From the NCBI GenBank assembly GCA_002104945.1, contig MCFH01000075.1, positions 158,366-222,365 of the forward strand: a stretch of 64,000 nucleotides of DNA, written 5' to 3'. The DNA is from Piromyces finnis finn (Eukaryota > Fungi > Neocallimastigomycota). This document shows, piece after piece, positions 52,642 to 64,000 of the stretch. Position numbers and translations under genes: made by a program. The notes beneath the pieces are model-generated. The model saw nothing but the letters and a program-made list of their open reading frames with translations. It searched no databases and was not told where the DNA came from. Positions within the stretch are counted from its first letter, which is position 1. Each line of letters begins with the position of its first letter.

Positions 52642-54365
52642 TACTTTTTTGTTTCTATTTTATTAGAATAGTAGGTTTCTTTTATTAAATTATTATAAAT
52701 AATATATGAAATGCAATATTTTTCTTTTCTATTATTATGTGCTAAATATTTATTTTGTTCTTTTGAAAATTCTTAATAATATAATACATATATTGCCAAT
52801 GCAATAAAATATATGTATATTTAAATACTCGAATAAATATTATAAATTAATATTCTAATTTTAATTTAATTTTATTTTGTTGGTTCAATGTAAATTCTTT
52901 TAAAAATATTGTTCTTATTTTACTTTGTAATTTTTTTTTGCTTGTTTAGCTTTTCTTTTTTTTTTTTTTTTTTTTTTTTTTTGTTTTATTTTGTTTTGCT
53001 TTGCTTTTACTTTTGCTTATTATTTTATATATGTTAATATGAAATTCCAAGAAGGTGATATTTATTATATTCAAAAATCATTCTTTTATTTCTTTATCAT
53101 AATATCGGAGTCAATTATTAATTTTTTTTTTTTTTTATATATTCCTATTAAAAATATACTCTTTCAATTTTATTCCAAATAAATTAGAAAATATTATAAA
53201 ATAATATTTTTATTATATTTATAATGGTTTTGTTATTGGTGAAATTGTTTTATTACTATTTCCAAAAACCGGAATTCAAATAAATTTAAAATTCATATAT
53301 TTTTATATGCATATATACATAAATTGTTTTTCTCCTTTCTCCAAAGGTTTATATGCTAACAACTCAAAAAATATATATATAAATTGTAAATATTAATACA
53401 GGAAGATATTGAATATCCAGTAATACTTCTACTGTGTAATACTTTAGTTTTGTTTTTTGTTTTTTTATATATTTTGGTTTTAATTATATTTGCTTTCTTT
53501 ATATATTATTCCTTCTCATTCAAATGACAACATTTATATATAAATTTATTTAGAGTGATATTTTTGAATAATAAAATATAAAATTTATTGTGAAATATAT
53601 GTATTTAAATATTAACTTTTCTCTTTTTTGGAAAAAAAAACGTTCCTTTTAATACTATTTTTATTATCTTTTTTTTTTTTTTTTCTCAATTTTTTTTAAA
53701 AAAAAAAAAATCCTTAATTAATTTTTATATTAAAACTTTTTTATATTTAATATAATTTTTGTTTTTTTTTAAAAAAAAAAAAAATATTAAATTTTATTAT
53801 TAATTAAAATTTATATTTAAATATTAAAAAAAATGGATAATTTTTTAATGATAAAAAAAAAGAATTTGATTAATTATAAAATATATATTTAAATATATAT
53901 AATAAAAAAAAAAAAGATAAGAAACAAAACTCTATTGACTTTATAATACTTGTTGAATAACAAAGTATCTTATATATTTGTATTTTAAAACTTTTTTTTT
54001 TTTTTTAATTCTATAACCATTACTTTTTCAAAATATTTTTTTTATATTAAACCATTTTAAAAAGTTCAAACTCTTAAATTAATTAAAAAAAATAATAATA
54101 AAATGAATATAAAATATAAAATAAATATATTCTAATATATTATAATTTATAGTATTACATTAAAAAAAAAAAAAGGTGAATTAAAAAATGATTTTAAAAA
54201 ATTGAAAAAGGATTACATTGAAAGGAAGGAGGAGTTTATAACAATTCCAATTCTATTAGGTTGTTTTATATATGAATAATGATAGTTTATTAAATATAAT
54301 TAAATGTGTAAACGTTTTATTTTATTATTTTAATACATAAAGATAAATGAGTGAAAATATAGTAC

Positions 54366-55866
54366 TTATTCTAACATATCAAACTTTTGAAAATGATATA
54401 GTATTATAATAATTGTGATATTATGATATTAATATTTATAGTGATAATTTAATAAAAGTAAAATTTATATAATTAGTATTAATGAATAATAATAGTAGTA
54501 TTAATATTCAATTTATATACTATTTTTATTATTTATCGTTTGAAAATAATAACAAAAAAAAAAAAAAACTTACCAAATCATCAATATCACCTGTATTTTC
54601 TAAAGATTCTTTAACCGAATTTTCAATAGTTTCGGCCTTTGGAATTTCCAAGAATTGGTTGAATTCTTCTTCTGTAGCACCTTCTTTTCCTCCTTCAGCT
54701 TTAATTATATTTAAATTTTGATTAATCATTACATTCCAGAAATCATTATGAATGTATATTTTGGTATCTAAATCTGGTAATGTTAATTTCTTTTTTAAAT
54801 CTTGCATAAAGTCATTGAAAAGATTTCCTTCATCTTCTTTTACACATACTTCACGTAAGGCTTTAATACAATTTACAATTTTTTCATAAGATTGGTTAGA
54901 GAGAGCATTACGAATTAAATTCTGAATCATGGATTTCATTTGAGTTAATGCTAAATACATTTATATTGTTGATATTATTATTATTGTATATAATAATGAT
55001 TAATAATGATAAATTTTTAATGTTAAAAAAAAAAAAATGGATCTTCATTAATAAATTTTATTTTTTATTATAAAATTATATATATATGTAAAAGTTTGAG
55101 TATTTAATTATATTTCGTTAAAAATACCTTTATCTAGTATTGTAGCATCACGTTGATTAGCCATTGCTTTAAAGTCTTCCACTGGATTCATAGAACTAAT
55201 TTCCTTAACATTAGTTTCAATAATATTTTCAATACGTAAATTATTAATTTCTTCTTCTGTTTTAAACTTAACCTCTGTTTCAGGATTTTTAATGTTATTA
55301 ATTAAATTCTTAATTTCATCATCCACAACTTCACCAAATCCTTTCTTTTCTTTATTAGTAACCTCAACTTTTTCAACTCCAAACATTTCTTTTAATTCTT
55401 TAGCAATACCACTACTTTGTTTTACTATTTCAGGATTTGGATTAACCATATTTAATAAACGATCACTTTTTTCAGGTAATGGGTCATTAGGATTGATAGC
55501 TCGATGACGAATACATTGATATAAATATTGATATCCTAAATTATATACTGTTTTTGGAGCATAGAGTTCACTTTCGGATAAATTATGTAAAATTTATATA
55601 TATTAAAGGATTTATTTTTTTATAGATGTTATATATTATATATATATATATATCAAAAAGGATTACAAATGAAATTATAAAATGCTTACTTGTCTTCATC
55701 AGCTGTTAAATCCATAGCATTAATTAAATCTTCGAATTTTTTGGTCGCTTCATCAAAGGATACTTTTCTAGTATATAGTTTTGATTTTTTTTCACCTTCA
55801 GGATTTAAAATCCTATCAAAAGATGGAAATGAATAATTTCTATAGTCCTCACTATATGGTAACTTG

Positions 55867-55898
<32 letters not shown>

Positions 55899-57619
55899 TA
55901 TTAGTTTTTATAATAAATACAAAATGATATTTAGTTTTGATAATAAAAAAATTTAAAAATAAATTAAATTAATCCATACTTGACACCAATACATGCAATC
56001 ATAATTTGCTTTAATTATTGGAATAGCTACACCAATTCTCGGTTGAGCATTTTTTATTCTAACCAATTTAATAACAGCAACTAAATTATTTAAAGCCATA
56101 GATTGCACTAATGCAGAAAAACATTCTTCTGATGCTTTATTCATTGGTTCTGAAACAATTTTCAAAACATTTGACATTAGCCATTCACGTTTTAACTATT
56201 AGTAACATAATATGATTATAGTATCAAAAAATATATAAATAATTTAAATTATAAAATCTTTATATTTATATATATATAATATCTCTACAAATATATAAAA
56301 TAAAAATGTTCATTTTTTTAACATTTTCATACCTTTTCTTTTGGGAAAAAGTATAAAATAGTTAAGCCTTTTTCATTTTGTAATGCTAATTGTTCCTCAT
56401 CAATACTATTGAATGGTACTATACTTTTACCATATCTATAACCTTTAACTAAATTTTCTGGACTAACTTCTACATCCTTTTCACCTTCTTTTGTATTTAT
56501 TTTAATGGTATAAATTCTTTCCATATCTACTGCAAAGGTTTTTTCTTCATCATTTCCTGCTGATGCTTCTGATACAGAGGAATATTTTTTTGCTGGTGGT
56601 AAAGTTAATTCTTTAGTTTTTGTATAGACCCAACAAGTCATTTCCAAATTATTTGGGGGATTTCCAAGAGTTAAAGGACCTCTTATAAGAGTTGTTGACC
56701 TTACATCTTTAGTACGAAATTCGTTTAAAATTTCTAATGCTTCATCTACAGACCAAACTTCACCATTAGCCATTTCAGTAAACTCCTTAAAAAAATTCTC
56801 ATTAAATCTCTTTTTTTTTTTTAAGTTAAAAATAAATGTCATTACTATAAATATTATATATATCTTTTTTTATTCAATAAAAACTTTAATAGAAAAATAA
56901 TAATGTATTTTACTTTTAACTCCGATATATTTCCAAGATTTGGATTTTCTTCATCTCCACCATAATTTGTTACACTATTATTTATTTAAATGTAAATTAT
57001 TATTAATTATATATTGAAAATTTAATTTAAATTTTGAAAGAATATTATTTAAATATCAAATATTAAAACTTAAAATTAAATATACATTATATTTAAATGA
57101 ATGTCTTTATCCTTTAAAAAGTTTGCAATACTTTCGTTTTGTCCTTTATCATCATTTAAAATATTACTGTTACCATCTGTTATTAAATATATAGTCTTTT
57201 TATATTTTAAATTTTTGCAATGAGTATTAATCATGTCTGAAGCAATAACAATTGAATCCAACACTATAAATAAATATTTAATGATGTTGATTTATAACAA
57301 AAAAAAAAAAACAATTATTTAACAAAGAAACAAATTTTTTTATTAAAAAGAAAATAGAAATTTATTTGATAAATGCTTTCTTTCTTACAATCACCAAAAG
57401 ATTCCTCGTTTTTAACTTCATTCATAACAGTATTTAACATATCTAAAGAGGACTGAAGTAATTCATATTTTACTGAGATATTTAAATAACTTTCATTATC
57501 TGCCAAAGAATTATTTGTTTCTATTTAAAAAATAAAAAGGAAGAAAAGAAGATATAAAAGTTTTTTTTTTTTTTTTTCAAAAAAAAATATGTTACTATAA
57601 ATTGAAATTTTTAACATTT

Positions 57620-57657
<38 letters not shown>

Positions 57658-58056
57658 ACATAACAATAATAAAAACGAGAATAAATAGCATGTAATATTT
57701 ATGTTTTCTTTTTAAAGTTTTAATAAATTAAATTAATGTTGAATTTATAAAAATAGTATATAACAACCTTTTGTTCCTACAAATATAATTCCAACTTTAT
57801 CCGTTTTTCTACCACTAATTAACTAGAGTAATTTAAAAAATATATATATTATTAAATTTAAATAATTAATTCATTCAATAGCAAAACTTTTTATACTTTT
57901 ATATTTGTATATATGTGGTTAAATTACTTTAATATGAAGTAATTCAGATATAATCTTTTTTGCATAATCATATCCTGTTAATTGAGTTGTTTCATCTTTA
58001 ACCCACATTGGTGGATTAATATCTATTATGTATATTGTAGCTTCTTTATTTGCCAT
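54366..58056 (-). CDS. KU80: Ku80 (XRCC5/Yku80) NHEJ DNA end-binding subunit, multi-exon
   Basis: N-terminus MANKEATIYIIDI (vWA), GRKTDKVGIIFVGT, LDSIVIASDMI...IYLITDG. Ku core LVKGYRYGKSIVPF, FSALVQSM...VAVIKLV. C-terminal DNA-PK-binding-like domain YEKIVNCIKALREVCVKEDEGNLFNDFM, ending GDIDDL|FDMLE*. Confidence 0.92.
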
Positions 58057-58181
58057 AGTTATTATTTCCAAAAATTAAATGAGGTATTTCCTCAATAAAA
58101 GATTCTCTATTATATAGTTTCAAAATATACTTTATTATAAATGAAATTGGAAAAAATAAAACGATGGTTGTTTTCTTTTTC

Positions 58182-58212
<31 letters not shown>

Positions 58213-59000
58213 TTATTATTATATAAAAATTAAATGATTTTAATTAAAATTAATAATATTGAATTTTAATTTAAATTAATACAATAAAGAAAAAAAAGAA
58301 AAAAAATTAATTATTTATTTTTTAAAAAATAATAATAATAATTTAGAAAAATAAAAATTTAAATTTTCTTTTCATTTTTAAATTCTTGAAACAAATTAAA
58401 ATATAGTTTGTATGTAGGTTCTGCTTCCATCTAGAATTATAGATTTCGAAACATAAATAAATATATAAAGCTTTTTAAAATTATTAAAATATTTTAGATG
58501 AAATATCCATTTTAAATGATACAATTAATACCTTTAAAAAAGACAATAATTCAAAATTGAATCTCATTTCTATAACGAGAATGATATTGAAATTTAAAAT
58601 ATATATATTAAATAAAACAAATCAAGAAATATTCATAATTAGAAAACTATTGATAAAATTAATTGCAACATTATTACATGTCAAAAATAAAAAAAAAAAA
58701 ATAAAAAAAAGTGGGGAAAGAATTAATTGAAAATGGATTGAAATTAAATGAAAAATAAAATAAATGCATATATACAAATACAATGCTTTTACTTTTTTTA
58801 CTTTTGTTTTTAATTATTAATATTGTTATTATTAATATAAAATTTAATATTAATTAAAAATTAAAATGAATGTTTTACTAATCTCATTTCTATTCATTTC
58901 TATTGTTCTATTTAATTATCTTAATATTATATAGCAGAAAATTATATTGTATATATATATATATATTTAAAATAAAAAGAAATTTGTAATATATAATAAA

Positions 59001-60367
<1,367 letters not shown>

Positions 60368-61563
60368 ACTATTTATAAAAATTAAATATATTAAACTTTT
60401 TTTTTAGATAAAAATATATTATCATTCATTTTAATATTATCATTAAAAATATTTATTGAAGCATTAAATCTATTTGTACTAGCATTCTCAGTTGTTATTT
60501 TTTTTTTTTACTTTCTTTCTTTCTTGTTTTTTAATATATTTTATAGTTTTTTTAAAGCTTATTTTTTAATCAATTATCATTAAAAAAAAAAAAAAATGTT
60601 ATTAAAATGGTATTTCATTTTAATAAACTTATACTATAAATGTGTTGTTAAATAAAGAAATTCTTTTTATACCTGATTAATAAAAGTATAATTTATTAAT
60701 GTAATATAACATTTTACTTTTTTATTTTTGCAAAAAAAAATAATAATAATAAAAATAATGAAAACAAAAAATAAAATACTTAAACTTTATAAATAATTCT
60801 TTCTTCCATCAACACTAATTTAATTATATATAATTATAATAATATTTTACATCTTCAATTTTATTTATTTAAAATTAAAAGTTTTTACGTTTCTTTCGCT
60901 CACGCACTCTTTCCTATAAAAACTATTACAACAACAATTACTTCTCTTACAATAATAATAACAACTACTTTTTTTTTTATTATTTTTAATTTACTATATT
61001 AGTTTATTATTGTTATTATTTTGTTATATCCCTTCTCGTTTAAATATCTTGAAATATAAAAAAGATATTAATTATTATTAAAGAAGCAATAGAATAAAAG
61101 AGACAATATTACTTTTAATATTATTATACTTTTTTAATCAACCAACATTATCATTCTTTTTTTTTTTTTTATTATTAAAGAATGAAGATGTTCTTTTAAT
61201 CTTTTGTAATTTTTTTTTAAAAAACAATAGGGTTAGATTTACATTTTTTAAGATTTTGATTTTGTTAAAAATAATATATTAAAATATATTTTAATAATAT
61301 ATTACTACAATTACAATTTATTTGTCAATATATTAAGCATTAATTTGATTGAATAAACAATAATTTTTTATTTTTTTGAAATTTTTTTTTGAACTTTAAT
61401 TTTTTTTTTTTTTTATTTTAAATATCATAATTGAATAAATATTTTATTAAAAGTAATATAAAATAAATATTTCATTCAATTTTTTAACAATACTTTTATA
61501 TTTTAATTTAAATATCTATAATATTTTATTTTAATAATAATAAAAGTAAATAAATAAATCACC

Positions 61564-64000
61564 ATGGCTCCAATGAAGAAAAAGGTAGAATAAAAATCAT
61601 TAATCTTAACAGTTATTCATTAGAAATAATCATTAGCACAAATTATATTTTTATATAGGAATTTAATCATTATGCGATGAACACATTTTATAATTTTTTA
61701 TAAAAGTAAAATAGTATATGTTATTGGAGTAGAGAAGAAGAAGAAAAAGAAAAATATATGATAATATAATAATAATATAAAAAGGAATGTTTAAAAACAA
61801 TGTTGAGGATTTAAAGAATAATTTTAAATTTGCTTCAGTTTCTTCTTCTTCTTTTATTAATAAAAATTCACGAAATATTAATCCATTATATAAATCAAAA
61901 ATAAAAGAAAATTAAATTATATTAATTATCAACAATTTAATTTATCGTAAATATAAAATTTAAACTAAATTCTTTTTTTCATATAAATAAAAATTTTAAA
62001 GGGAGAACGCGGGGCAGCCGCTAATTACATTACTCGTAATAGAGCTGTCAAAAAGTTACAAATTTCTCTTGCTGATTTCAGACGTTTATGTATTTTAAAG
62101 GGTATTTACCCAAGAGAACCAAAAAATAAAAAGAAGGTTAATAAGGGATCTACTGCTCCAAGAACCTTCTATTATGTTAAGGATATTAAATATTTAGCTC
62201 ATGAACCAATTCTTGAAAAGTTCAGAGAATACAAAACTTTTGCCAAGAAGCTTAAGAAAGCTTTAGGTAAAAAAGAATTTGATAGTGCTAAGTCTTTAGA
62301 AGAAAACAAACCAGAATATACTTTAGATCATTTAGTTAAGGAAAGGTAAGGAAAATCCTTAAAGAACTAAAAATTAAACTTTATAAATAATAAAAATTAT
62401 TAATTTTTTATTATATATTTGTATATTTATTATTGTATTTAAATTTAATTTTTTTTAAAAAATAATTTAAAATCTTGCTGATGCTTAATAACAATAATAT
62501 TCTTTACATAAACACTAAAAAAATATTTAAATTTAATTGATATTTGATGCACATAACAATATATGGTAAATAGATATCCAACTTTCATTGATGCTCTTAG
62601 AGATCTTGATGATGCTTTATCTATGATTTTCCTTTTCAGTACTCTTCCAGCTAACGATAAAATCAAATATAAGACTGTTGAAAATTGTAAACGTTTAGCT
62701 GCTGAATTCCAACATTACGTTGTTCTTAGCAGAAGTTTAAAGAAGACTTTCCTTAGTATTAAGGGTATTTACTATCAAGCTGAAATTAAAGGACAAGATA
62801 TTACTTGGATTGTTCCATATCAATTCAGTCAACAAGTAAATATATTTATAATTTTAAAATAATAAAAGATATATTAATAGAAATAATGTTAAAATAAGTA
62901 TAAATCGTATAAAATAATAATTATATACTTAATTTTTAATTTGTTTTTATTAATTATTAGGTACCAACTGATGTTGATTTACGTGTTATGATGACTTTCT
63001 TAGAATTTTACCAAACCTTATTAGGTTTTGTCAACTTTAAATTATATACTGATGAAAACCTTATTTACCCACCAAAAATTGATATTAAAAAGGATGAAGG
63101 TAATGCTGGTTTAACTGCTTATGTTGTTGAAACTACCGAAGGAAAGGATATTCTCAAAAACATTCAATCAAAGCAAGAAACTTCTGAAGAAAATGTTGAT
63201 AAGGTAATTATTTTTTTGTAATTATAATTTAAAGTTTATTTTTTTAGCAATAATATTTCAAAAAGAGTAAGATCGAAACATTAAACTGATAAATATTTTA
63301 TTTTATATATCAACTAATAAATTGTAAATTGTATATATTTTTCAATTATATAAAAATTGTGAAAACAAAAAACAAAAATACAACTATCATGTCATCAAAA
63401 TGTCAATCATCAACTATTTTTTCGATAACAATTACAAATAATAAAAAGGAAAAATTAAAAGAATATCAAGAAAGAATTAAGAATTTATCTGAAAATATGA
63501 ATATTGATAATGAAGAAAATGAAGAAGAAGAAGAAGAAAAGGAAGCTGAAGACGAAGCTAATATAAAATTCGAAGATCAAGGTAAATCTGATGAAATCAG
63601 TGAAACTGACAAGTTAATTAAGGAAACTCAATTAAGAGCTGAATTCCAAAAGCTTTTCGAAAACTGTGTATTCTATTTATCTAGAGAAGTTCCAAAGTAC
63701 TCTTTAGAATTCATTATTAAGGCTTTCGGTGGTAAGGTTGGATGGGATTCCAGTGTTTCTGTTGGTTCTACTCTTGATGAAAATGATCCATCTATTACTC
63801 ACTATGTCTGTGATAGACCAAAGCAAGGTCACATTTTCTTACACGGTGCTTACGTTCAACCACAATGGGTTTATGATTGTATTAATGCCAAGAAACTTTT
63901 AAATACCACTAGTTATTACCCAGGAGAAACTCTTCCACCACACTTATCACCATTCGTTAAACTTGGCGAAACTGATTATAACCCAGAAGAAGAAATTGAT
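61564..64000 (+). CDS. NOP7: Pescadillo/Nop7 60S biogenesis factor, multi-exon, 3'-truncated by the window end
   Basis: MAPMKKK|[41 protein letters not shown]; [17 protein letters not shown]; [15 protein letters not shown]; BRCT region LSREVP...FGG...[12 protein letters not shown]...LPPHLSPFV. Confidence 0.96.

Overview
Extremely AT-rich, intron-containing eukaryotic DNA with GT(A/T)AGT-type donors, long poly-A/T tracts and (AAT)n microsatellites. The gene families are fungal-type (Vnx1, Ypk1/Gad8, Ste20). SNAPC1 and BRWD/PHIP, which budding yeast lacks, are retained. This fits an early-diverging fungus, most likely an anaerobic gut fungus (Neocallimastigomycota); that assignment is inference. 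I manually spliced 12 protein-coding genes: a Vnx1-type cation/H+ exchanger, a SNAPC1-like protein, a Sec7/BIG Arf-GEF, RPS14, a PH + coiled-coil protein, a secreted CAP protein, APRT, a C2-AGC kinase, a BRWD/PHIP-like protein, a PAK kinase, Ku80 and CFIm25. A 13th, Pescadillo/Nop7, is cut by the window end. No rRNA, tRNA, CRISPR array or intact transposon is evident. The most interesting signals are: (1) a roughly 200-nt rod-like hairpin filling the enlarged third intron of RPS14, a candidate autoregulatory element; (2) an unexplained island of about 42% GC, rich in hairpins, at 20.1-20.4 kb (candidate structured ncRNA); (3) an Asn in place of the conserved terminal Leu of uS11; (4) a pure 84-codon AAT/poly-Asn run inside a WD40 loop of the BRWD protein; and (5) long AAT arrays that all share one orientation.
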